This document shows positions 56,055-64,000 of a stretch of DNA of 64,000 bases, piece after piece. The notes beneath the pieces are model-generated. The model was not told the DNA's origin, ran no database searches, and saw only the letters and a list, made by a program, of their open reading frames with translations. Source of the stretch: a virus (lineage: Duplodnaviria > Caudoviricetes); the IMG/VR virus record IMGVR_UViG_3300005512_000001, positions 160,001-224,000 of that record; one strand, written 5' to 3'. How positions within the stretch are numbered: the first letter of the stretch is position 1; every line of letters begins with the position of its first letter. Both the position numbers and the translations under genes were made by a program.

Positions 56055-58150
56055 TGAGCGACAACCTTTCGCAAGTTTGGGACAGCTTTTTTGCCCAACG
56101 AATTAAGCCGCTGCAGATTCGGTTTAATGGGACATATCGTGCCGTGGTTGTCGAAACAAACGACCCACTACGGATGCGGCGTGTTCGGTTTAAAATGCCG
56201 GAATTGCATGACTGGGACCTAAAACCAGATGATTGCCCGTGGGCGGTGCCAGCATATGATTTGGGCACGAAAAGATGCGGTCGATTCTCTTATCCATGCA
56301 TAGGGGACCATATATGGATAACTTTTGAGAAGAACCATCCATATGGCCCTATTTATACTGGATTCGCCGACCCAACAAGGCGAAAATTTTATGCGCTACC
56401 ATCTCTGTACGGCAAAACACAAATCCCAGTGGACCAGAATAGCAATGTCACTCAACCACCAGATGATTATGATGAAGCATATCTACCAAAAGATGAAAGG
56501 CCAATGAGCCATGGTTGGCAAGACCGATATGGAAGTTTAGATATCCACAATGCAACGGGGTTTTTCCCGGCTGAGCATGCCGAGAAGACGCCGCCGCCGG
56601 ATGCAGACCCACTGACTAAGAGCGATTTCAAGCAATCGCAACATATACCAGAATCAAACAATCCTGATTCTAAAATGATGTGTCGTCTTACTAAGTATGG
56701 GATGCTGATTCTGCAAGCTGATATGGGCTATGTTTGGAAAAAAGAAGGCGGGTTGGGTGAATTTGAAGGTGATTTTGATAATGATGAAGAATTTGAAATC
56801 GCACGTTGGAAATACATGCAGCGAGTCTTGCATGAAGATAACCCAACAGGCCATGACCAACGCCGCATAATGCAACTCACAAGATATGGCCACAAGTTTG
56901 AAATGCGTGACGTTGGGTGGAACAAAACCAGAGAGGGTGAATTTTCGTCTGATGTGCGTATTATTGGTGATGGGGACGACCAGCGTTGGGTTAAAATGCG
57001 CACCAAAGGTGGTCATTTAATCCAATTATGTGATGTTGGCTCAGACCCAGAAGAAGATGAATTTATAAAGCGGCTGCTGATAGATGAAGCTAAAGAGCCA
57101 AATCTTGATGATGAAGACAAATTTGGTGACGATGCTAGATTTATTCGTTTCGTCACTAGGAGCGGCATAAAAATAGCTTTAGATGACCGCACTAGTGATA
57201 ATAAAAAAGCACAGAATCCAGATTTAAAGAATACCGACATTGGTATAGGGGTGTTGGTTAAAGGCCGAGCGACTCCTGGTACTATAGCTGACCCATATAG
57301 TGAGCAGTCTGGCAACCCAATTGGGTATTATTGGCAATTTGATGAACGCCCAGATAGAAATAGCACTACTTGGGGCACACCGATGGGCCAATTGATGGAG
57401 ATGGATGATAACGAAGAATTCTTGGCTATTTGTAGTAGGCTTCCATCTTTCCCGTCGTCTTGGAAAAATTTAGAAGACAATGAATTTCTAGAAAGTTCTG
57501 CTGAGGGCCAGAATCTGGCTTCATCTACACACCATCTTATTTTAGACCATGGCAGGGAGGCGATTAGATTAAAAAGTAGGGCTGGTTCTGGCGACCCGTC
57601 AAGAACCCAGAAATTGGGGGCTGCTGCGTCTGGTGAACACGCTGGGATTGAAATCCATGACGCGCCAGAAGACAACCCATGGACTGAAATTGTTGACATA
57701 GATAAACGTGGTATCTGGTTTAGTAGGCAAGAATCTGTTGGGATATGGCGGGCCAAAGATGGTTCGAATATTCATATTTGGCTCGACGACAATGATAATA
57801 ATATAGTACTACATAATGCAGAATCATCTGGGAAAGTACAAATATATTGTGCTGGGAATGTAGAAATTATATCTGATAAAGTAGTTGGATTGCGTGGTAA
57901 TGCTATAGAGATGAGTGGTAACCAGATACGGATGGATGCTGGCGGAACGAATTATACATTTGGGCCAGATGCTTTGCGTACAAATGGCAGTATTCACGCA
58001 ACAAATGTTTTTGCACGACTTCCGAACGCAGAACGGCCCGCAGTGGTTAGTGGCAGAGGGATTGGTGAGGCATCTGGAGGTGGAGACCCAGTATCAAATT
58101 TACAAGTGGAAGCATTACCTGGTAAAGTAGAACCAGAAAATAGACTATGA
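56054..58150 (+). CDS. Baseplate spike (gp5 / VgrG-like OB-fold)
   Basis: YRAVVV...DPL...RVR...P.L, WA.P, P.IGD..WI.FE. Confidence 0.8.
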   Translation: MSDNLSQVWDSFFAQRIKPLQIRFNGTYRAVVVETNDPLRMRRVRFKMPELHDWDLKPDDCPWAVPAYDLGTKRCGRFSYPCIGDHIWITFEKNHPYGPIYTGFADPTRRKFYALPSLYGKTQIPVDQNSNVTQPPDDYDEAYLPKDERPMSHGWQDRYGSLDIHNATGFFPAEHAEKTPPPDADPLTKSDFKQSQHIPESNNPDSKMMCRLTKYGMLILQADMGYVWKKEGGLGEFEGDFDNDEEFEIARWKYMQRVLHEDNPTGHDQRRIMQLTRYGHKFEMRDVGWNKTREGEFSSDVRIIGDGDDQRWVKMRTKGGHLIQLCDVGSDPEEDEFIKRLLIDEAKEPNLDDEDKFGDDARFIRFVTRSGIKIALDDRTSDNKKAQNPDLKNTDIGIGVLVKGRATPGTIADPYSEQSGNPIGYYWQFDERPDRNSTTWGTPMGQLMEMDDNEEFLAICSRLPSFPSSWKNLEDNEFLESSAEGQNLASSTHHLILDHGREAIRLKSRAGSGDPSRTQKLGAAASGEHAGIEIHDAPEDNPWTEIVDIDKRGIWFSRQESVGIWRAKDGSNIHIWLDDNDNNIVLHNAESSGKVQIYCAGNVEIISDKVVGLRGNAIEMSGNQIRMDAGGTNYTFGPDALRTNGSIHATNVFARLPNAERPAVVSGRGIGEASGGGDPVSNLQVEALPGKVEPENRL

Positions 58151-58872
58151 TAATTAATTATCCAACAGGCTCGTATGTAACAGTTCTCCCACAAGACCCG
58201 GATGAGTCTACTAGTGTGGTGTATACTGTAAGTGATACTGACCCGCCAAGATTGCCATTAAATACTAGCCAAATACCAACTGGTATCGAGGCTAGAGCAA
58301 GAAGCCCAAGAACTATGTCTGATGCTGTTCGAAGGGCAAATTTGGGTGAGTTGATATTTACTATTAAGAATAATCAACCAGCAGATACAGTCGTGGGCGG
58401 CCAATTGTTTTATGTGGGGGAGGTTTTAGAATTTACTAATGAGACCACTAATTCTGTGGGAACAATAAATAGTGCTATTGAGACACAACACGATTTATTG
58501 CGGGTTGGGCCAGAAAATATTGGGCTAAATAATGATGAACTTTTAAATATCGAGGCAAATGCTGTTGCAGTACAAACACAAACTTTGTTAGAATTGGAAG
58601 GTTTGCAGAAGCGCAAAGATGATTTAGAAGTTGATATTATAAGCCAACAAAAAATTATCAACGAGGCTAATAGGGTTATTAGTGGTTTGGATATCATTTT
58701 AGATAAAGACCCTGGCAATATAGGAATTCAGAATGCAAAGGCTCAAGTAGAACAATCAAAAAACACTGCACAGGAAACCATAGATAATGATATTGTAGAA
58801 TTGAACACGTTGCCCGACTCAATCAGGGCTAAGCACGACGAACTTAGGTCTCTAGCTACGTTGATAACTTAA
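58147..58872 (+). CDS. Coiled-coil protein of the baseplate module
   Basis: C-terminal heptad-rich region. Confidence 0.5.
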   Translation: MIINYPTGSYVTVLPQDPDESTSVVYTVSDTDPPRLPLNTSQIPTGIEARARSPRTMSDAVRRANLGELIFTIKNNQPADTVVGGQLFYVGEVLEFTNETTNSVGTINSAIETQHDLLRVGPENIGLNNDELLNIEANAVAVQTQTLLELEGLQKRKDDLEVDIISQQKIINEANRVISGLDIILDKDPGNIGIQNAKAQVEQSKNTAQETIDNDIVELNTLPDSIRAKHDELRSLATLIT

Positions 58873-58873
58873 T

Positions 58874-59263
58874 ATGGCAATTAATTACTACGGTTATAAT
58901 CCGCCTTTTTTCGGAGGCCATCAGAATGTTATGTCAAGGCAATCTGGTGACCAAATTATTGTTAATGATGTTTTGCAATTACTATTAACGAATAAAGGTG
59001 AACGTGTGATGCGTCCTGATTGGGGCACATTAATCAATGCGTCTGTATTCGACCCATTAGATGACCAGTTAACTAACCAATTAAAAGGCGACATCATAAG
59101 GCAATTGTCGGTAAATGAGCCACGTGTGGATATTAATGTTTCATTTGTTGTGAATGAAGATGAGTCTATACTGCGTATTAAGTTGAGTGGCACATTTACT
59201 AATGAGCCCAATCATATATTCGAAGAAGAGATAGAAGTACCTATCGTTAGGTTGGAGACATAA
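58874..59263 (+). CDS. Baseplate wedge protein gp25-like
   Basis: LLLT.KGERVMRPD.G, FDP, EPRV. Confidence 0.9.
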   Translation: MAINYYGYNPPFFGGHQNVMSRQSGDQIIVNDVLQLLLTNKGERVMRPDWGTLINASVFDPLDDQLTNQLKGDIIRQLSVNEPRVDINVSFVVNEDESILRIKLSGTFTNEPNHIFEEEIEVPIVRLET

Positions 59264-59264
59264 T

Positions 59265-60842
59265 ATGACAAGTGAAGGCACGTTATTTCAGCTACCAACT
59301 GACCCAGAAGAGTTTAGTGTACTTCTTCCGCCATCAGAACTTCGGAAAATAGATTTTAGTGCATTAGAATTTTCTACTGCAAGACGTGCATTAATTGAGT
59401 ATATCAAGACGTATTTCCCAAATGATTTTAATGATTTTGTTAATAATAATGGCGTGATGATGTTGGTAGAATTACTGTCGTATCTTACGGCAGTTCTTAG
59501 TTTGCGGTCCGATATGCTAACGAATGAGTCATTCTTGCCAACTGCTACTACAGAGGAAGCGGTTGCAAATCATTTGGCATTGATTGGGCAAGCTGTTCGG
59601 CGTGCGACACCAGCAGTTACTGATGTTGAATGTTCGGTTGTGAACCCAGTTGGCTCTGATGTGCGTATTACTGCCGGGTCGCAATTTTCAATTATTGGTG
59701 AAGATGGTGATGCTGTGGTGTATGAGTTGTTTAGGTCGCCCACTGATTTGACTAGCCAAATAGTAATTCCGTCTGGAAAACGTGGTGTGGTTGCATATGG
59801 TGTTGAGGGTACTACTACCAACACTAAAGTCACCAGTGATGGCGGGGCAAATCAAAAGATAACCATCAATTTGAGCGATAATGCTATTGAATCACCTATT
59901 AAAGTTGAAATCACTAGTAGTGGCATCACAGAAGAATGGAATCAAATTGACTTTATAGAACGTGCTAATGCTAATGATAAAGCTTATGAAGTTAGATTTT
60001 TTGATAATCGAATAGAGTTTATATTCGGCGACAATAGCACCGGTGTCATCCCTGTAGCTGGCTCAGAAATTTCGATGACATACCGCGTGGGCGGTGGTCT
60101 TAGAGGTCGCATTGGTGCTGGAGTTATAAATGAACAGCGGTCCGCTACGCCTGATTTCCCATTTACAGCCCCAGTGATAGTCACTTTTAGGAATATCACC
60201 CCGAGTTCTGGTGGCACTGATAAAGAGAATATTGAAGAAGCAAAAAAGAGGGCACCACGAGATTTTGCTACGCATGAAGCGATTATTACTGAAACCGATT
60301 ATGCACAATTGGTGGGGTCTTACAGCCATCCTGTGTTTGGTACAGTATCTAAAGCAGTTGCGACAGTTCGTACTGGTTTAAATGCGAATAGAGTTGAATT
60401 ATATATCCTGGCTGAGGGCGCTAGTGGGCCGATAGCACCGACCGCCGGATTGAAACGTGCAGTTGAAAGCTATGTTGATGAATTAAATGCGTTAACTGAT
60501 GACGCTGTGGTTCTAGACGGTAAGATAAGAGCTATAGATATAGACGCTACTGTGGCTATTAGTAGGAGTTCTGATGCGTCTATCGTGAGGATTAATGTTG
60601 ATAAGGCCATTGAAGATTTCTTCGCCTTGAAGAATTGGGAATTGGGCGAAGCGTTGTTCGTTTCTCAATTATATGATGCAATTAACCAGGTTGATGGTGT
60701 CAAATATGTTGATATCTTCGCGCCAGCTGACAATATTCTGGTGACTGGCAAAGTAGATAGTGGCGACCCCGGTGTTGATATCAATGAATTAATCTCTTTA
60801 GGGAACAAAGAGATTAAATATTATTATGAAGCAGCAAGATAA
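59265..60842 (+). CDS. Baseplate wedge protein gp6 / baseplate J-like
   Basis: DF..L....L.EYI...FP...NDF, ESFL.TA, FGD...G..P, YR.GGG..G, GG.D.E..EE.K..AP. Confidence 0.88.
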   Translation: MTSEGTLFQLPTDPEEFSVLLPPSELRKIDFSALEFSTARRALIEYIKTYFPNDFNDFVNNNGVMMLVELLSYLTAVLSLRSDMLTNESFLPTATTEEAVANHLALIGQAVRRATPAVTDVECSVVNPVGSDVRITAGSQFSIIGEDGDAVVYELFRSPTDLTSQIVIPSGKRGVVAYGVEGTTTNTKVTSDGGANQKITINLSDNAIESPIKVEITSSGITEEWNQIDFIERANANDKAYEVRFFDNRIEFIFGDNSTGVIPVAGSEISMTYRVGGGLRGRIGAGVINEQRSATPDFPFTAPVIVTFRNITPSSGGTDKENIEEAKKRAPRDFATHEAIITETDYAQLVGSYSHPVFGTVSKAVATVRTGLNANRVELYILAEGASGPIAPTAGLKRAVESYVDELNALTDDAVVLDGKIRAIDIDATVAISRSSDASIVRINVDKAIEDFFALKNWELGEALFVSQLYDAINQVDGVKYVDIFAPADNILVTGKVDSGDPGVDINELISLGNKEIKYYYEAAR

Positions 60843-60845
60843 TAT

Positions 60846-61580
60846 TTAAATGCTTTTGAGCCTATTTAAAATATTTTGGGTGTAATTGGGGCTTAGCTCA
60901 ACACCAAAATAATTCCTATCTTCTTGTTTGGCCGCTATTAGACTTGCACCACTGCCTGGGAATGGGTCAAAAACTGTACCGCCAGGTTTGCACATGGAAC
61001 GAACCCAAATTCTTAATAAAGCAACTGGCATTTGAGTGGCAATACCTTTCACCCTCTCATGGTGGGTCCCGGCAATGCGTTTGAATACAAATGTATCATC
61101 TGGGCATTTCCCACGAGGGTCTGCACGCTTGTCGTTATATTGTCGTTGTCGGTCTGACGGAATTGCTACACTAGCGGCGTCGAAATACGGAGTTCGGCTT
61201 TTTGTATATCGCAATATGTGTACTTTGCTTTTAGTAAATCTTTTGCGTGTATCTAGTTTTCCGCTTTGCCCGAATTTATAATGCCATATAATCCAATTTT
61301 CGCGATTTAATTTCAGTTTACGGCACAAGATATCAATATCTGACACATATTCGTCGCCCATGCATACAAGCATATTGCCATCTGCGTGTAGCAATCTCTT
61401 GCATTCTGTTAACCATTTCCCACACCAACCAAGGTAATCGCTATCAGACCTATCATCATTATAGGAATCATATTGATATCCTATATTGAATGGAGGGTCT
61501 GCAATAATTAAGTCAGCAAAGGGATTGGTAGTCGATTGCATCCAACTGAGGCTGTCACTATTTAAACATGTATTTAACAT
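60846..61580 (-). CDS. DNA methyltransferase (N4-C/N6-A, beta class)
   Basis: DLIIADPPFN (motif IV) precedes FDPFPGSG (motif I). Confidence 0.88.
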   Translation of the reverse strand: MLNTCLNSDSLSWMQSTTNPFADLIIADPPFNIGYQYDSYNDDRSDSDYLGWCGKWLTECKRLLHADGNMLVCMGDEYVSDIDILCRKLKLNRENWIIWHYKFGQSGKLDTRKRFTKSKVHILRYTKSRTPYFDAASVAIPSDRQRQYNDKRADPRGKCPDDTFVFKRIAGTHHERVKGIATQMPVALLRIWVRSMCKPGGTVFDPFPGSGASLIAAKQEDRNYFGVELSPNYTQNILNRLKSI

Positions 61581-61861
61581 TATACTTCCAACTCTTGGTT
61601 TAAACGCGTTTTAAAATACTTCGCCATATCTACTGTGACTTTGGCTAGTTGGTATGTCGTTCCTCGACAGTATAAAATTGGTTGTTTTGATTTGGGGTCT
61701 ATAATAAATACAAACGCAACTTTGACATCTTCAGTGTTTAATTTCTCATCTAACTCTTTTACGAAAAAGTCACCACGTTGCTCATCTGTAGTGGTTGCGT
61801 CGTCGTTAGTATTTTGAGGTTGTTTAGTTTCTATTTGAGGGTCAATTATGTCATCTGACAT
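61580..61861 (-). CDS. Hypothetical protein
   Basis: Coupled to the MTase start; likely begins MSDDI at 61861. Confidence 0.5.
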   Translation of the reverse strand: MSDDIIDPQIETKQPQNTNDDATTTDEQRGDFFVKELDEKLNTEDVKVAFVFIIDPKSKQPILYCRGTTYQLAKVTVDMAKYFKTRLNQELEV

Positions 61862-62489
61862 TGTGCAAACTCCTGATATTAAAATTTGGAAGATTTTTAA
61901 ATACTGCCAAGATAAGTTCAGAAAGGCAGGTATTTCTTTAACATTTCCAAAGAATACTGACCCTAAAAAGACATATAAGTGGCGATATTTAGTTGGGTTT
62001 GTTAAAAAATTGGAAGAGATGGAGGCATCAACTGATGCTATACACCAACTAATTGAAGCGATAATTAAATATGCTACTAAAAACAAACAATTGCATAAGG
62101 GGCTTTCTCTATTAACGTCAGAGAGAGTGTTGTCAGAATGCTGCGATGTGATTTTGCAGGGTCATATTTCAGAAGATAAGTTAATAGATAGAGTTAAAGC
62201 GGATTATAAGTTGGTTGCACACGCTGATTTATTGGGGAAAAAGTATGCACGTGGTATGTCTAATATAGTACGATGGTATATTGAAGGGAATATTTCAGAA
62301 GTATATTTGTCATTGTCTGAGAAATGCCATGAGGCGATGATAAAGTTAGATAAATTAGAGCGGTGCATGATGCCTAGTGGCAAAGAATTGATATTGGCGC
62401 GTATGGATATTTTGAGTAATCATAAATTAAAAGGCAAGATTAAACGGGCTATGTTGAATGACTGGCGGAGAATTTTTGATGCTAGCTAG
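61848..62489 (+). CDS. Hypothetical protein
   Basis: ORF overlapping the helicase start. Confidence 0.55.
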   Translation: MSSDIVQTPDIKIWKIFKYCQDKFRKAGISLTFPKNTDPKKTYKWRYLVGFVKKLEEMEASTDAIHQLIEAIIKYATKNKQLHKGLSLLTSERVLSECCDVILQGHISEDKLIDRVKADYKLVAHADLLGKKYARGMSNIVRWYIEGNISEVYLSLSEKCHEAMIKLDKLERCMMPSGKELILARMDILSNHKLKGKIKRAMLNDWRRIFDAS

Positions 62490-64000
62490 GATTATTGACG
62501 ACAAATGGATATATATTGAACAAGCCTCGGTGGCTGAAGAAGGTATCTTAGATGATGAATTTAGTGTTAAGCATCCAAGAGCACAATATATAGATGCTGG
62601 TGTTGGGTTTTTTGATGGCGTATATCATAAATATAACAAATTTCATCATAGGTTGGCACGCCCGTTCTTACATGAATTGGAGGCTGCTTGTAATAAGCAT
62701 GGGCTGCCATTGATGATTGTGGATAATAGGCCATCGCCAAAATACAAACCAAAGGCATCAGATGTTACACCAGATTTGTTATCTGGGATTACATTAGACC
62801 AGCACCAGATAGATGGAATCAAATCAGTGTGTACTGAGGAAGTTGGGATTATTTCATGTCCTACTGGCGGTGGCAAATCGGAGATGATGGCTGGTATAGC
62901 CAAAATCATGAATTGCCCGACCATTATTTTATGTGATATGACAGTGGTGGTTGACCAGCTTAAAAATCGTCTTGAGTTAAGGGGCGTTACAGAAGAAGTT
63001 GGTATGTTTTATGCTGGTAGGAGGCCGAATGGGCAACAGATTATAGTTGGTTCGTTCCAATCATTGACTATACCATCAGTACCAAAGAAAACCAAAAAAG
63101 ATACGCCAGAGACGTATGCCAAGAAATTGAAAGCATTTAAAACTCGTCGCAGAAATGCCAGGAAGCTGCGAGAGATAGTTAGCAAATGCGATTTGTTATT
63201 AGTAGATGAATGTGACGTTGCTGGACGGCATTGGCGGAATTTATTCTGGCATTGGTTTAAAGGGCGTAGAAGATATGGCTTTTCGGGGACTCCATATGAC
63301 CCCAGCAAGCCTGTAAATAATATGCTTCTTAGGGAACATCTTGGGAATATAATTTTTGAAGTTGATCGCAGAGAATTAGAAAAAATTGGCAGAATCATCC
63401 CTGTGTCATATACAGCACTTGCAGTTGGCGACGATGCGAATATCAAAGACAAATCTGCTTATGATATTGCTATGAAAGAACATCTCATTGAAAGCCCATC
63501 ATTCCATAAGCTCGTTAAGGTAGTGACAGAAAAAAGCTTGATCGACCCATCATATGGTGCGTTAATTTTAGTTGAGAGCAAGCCGCTAGGTTATGCGTTA
63601 GAGAGTATAATAAGCGACTCTAAATTTATATGTGGCGACCATCGTATGACTGAACGCAAAAAAACAATACAAAGTTTTGAAAATCGAGAAACTAGAGTAT
63701 TGATAGGCGGTAAGATTGTCAAGCGTGGATTGGATTTGAAAGGTGGCTGTGAAATCCTAGTAATAGCAACTGGCGGCAAGCTGCAATCGGATTTTAATCA
63801 AAAAGTCGGGCGAGCTGTACGCAAAAATAAGCGTGGATGTGCACAGATATATGATTTCTTTTTTCTATGTAACCACTATTTATATGGGCATTCAAGAAAA
63901 AGATTAAAAACCATAGTTAGTATGGGATATGATGCTAAAGTAATATTTAAAAAAGGTGTTATTGATGCACAGAAATTCATTAAATCAAGATTTAGAAGAC
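62479..64000 (+). CDS. uvsW: SF2 helicase (UvsW-like), runs off the window end
   Basis: Read manually (absent from the ORF track): MLARIIDDKW..., CPTGGGKS, LLVDECD, GFSGTP, RGLDL, QKVGRAVR. Confidence 0.8.
   Translation, partial: MLARIIDDKWIYIEQASVAEEGILDDEFSVKHPRAQYIDAGVGFFDGVYHKYNKFHHRLARPFLHELEAACNKHGLPLMIVDNRPSPKYKPKASDVTPDLLSGITLDQHQIDGIKSVCTEEVGIISCPTGGGKSEMMAGIAKIMNCPTIILCDMTVVVDQLKNRLELRGVTEEVGMFYAGRRPNGQQIIVGSFQSLTIPSVPKKTKKDTPETYAKKLKAFKTRRRNARKLREIVSKCDLLLVDECDVAGRHWRNLFWHWFKGRRRYGFSGTPYDPSKPVNNMLLREHLGNIIFEVDRRELEKIGRIIPVSYTALAVGDDANIKDKSAYDIAMKEHLIESPSFHKLVKVVTEKSLIDPSYGALILVESKPLGYALESIISDSKFICGDHRMTERKKTIQSFENRETRVLIGGKIVKRGLDLKGGCEILVIATGGKLQSDFNQKVGRAVRKNKRGCAQIYDFFFLCNHYLYGHSRKRLKTIVSMGYDAKVIFKKGVIDAQKFIKSRFRR

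Noticed and set aside
40029-60842. Bacterial extracellular contractile injection system or tailocin
   Set aside because: Neck gp13/gp14-like genes and a complete phage replication set are interleaved, which indicates a phage genome.
1-64000. Numerous short antisense or alternate-frame ORFs in the track (e.g. 21226-21741, 45010-45651, 12503-12985)
   Set aside because: They lie opposite or within well-supported genes and have no motifs; treated as shadow ORFs.
1-64000. tRNA, rRNA or CRISPR arrays
   Set aside because: Intergenic gaps are short, and none showed a cloverleaf, T-loop consensus or repeat-spacer pattern by eye.

Overview
This window is an AT-rich, gene-dense 64-kb segment of a large (probably jumbo) myovirus with distant T4-like gene content. 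Left part (about 1-30 kb): replication, recombination and accessory genes. These include a DnaE-type Pol III alpha split into two separate genes, a MazG-like pyrophosphatase, family-4 UDG, RecA with a mini-intein, gp41/DnaB helicase, GroES-like co-chaperonin, a minimal family-A polymerase, UvsY-like, gp32-like SSB, 5'-3' exonuclease, NinG-like nuclease, glycosyl/sulfo-transferase-like enzymes and PurB. Right part (about 30-61 kb): late structural module with neck gp13/gp14/gp15-like, sheath, three tube paralogues, tail chaperone, tape measure and baseplate gp27/gp53/gp5/gp25/gp6-like genes, with primase embedded. It is followed by a DNA methyltransferase and a UvsW-like helicase that runs off the end. 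No capsid, portal, terminase, tRNA or CRISPR was recognised. Most notable: (1) the gp13-like neck gene is fractured into an N-half carrying a near-complete Hint domain that stops one residue short of the usual terminal Asn, then a free-standing PD-(D/E)xK nuclease, then a C-half fused behind a SprT-like zincin domain, which suggests an unusual protein-ligation selfish element; (2) four dispersed genes fuse a Vsr/DUF559-type nuclease to a Mom-like acetyltransferase; (3) an intein-free split DnaE with a duplicated junction segment; (4) a perfect 44-bp palindrome. All calls come from motif recognition by eye, with no database searches.
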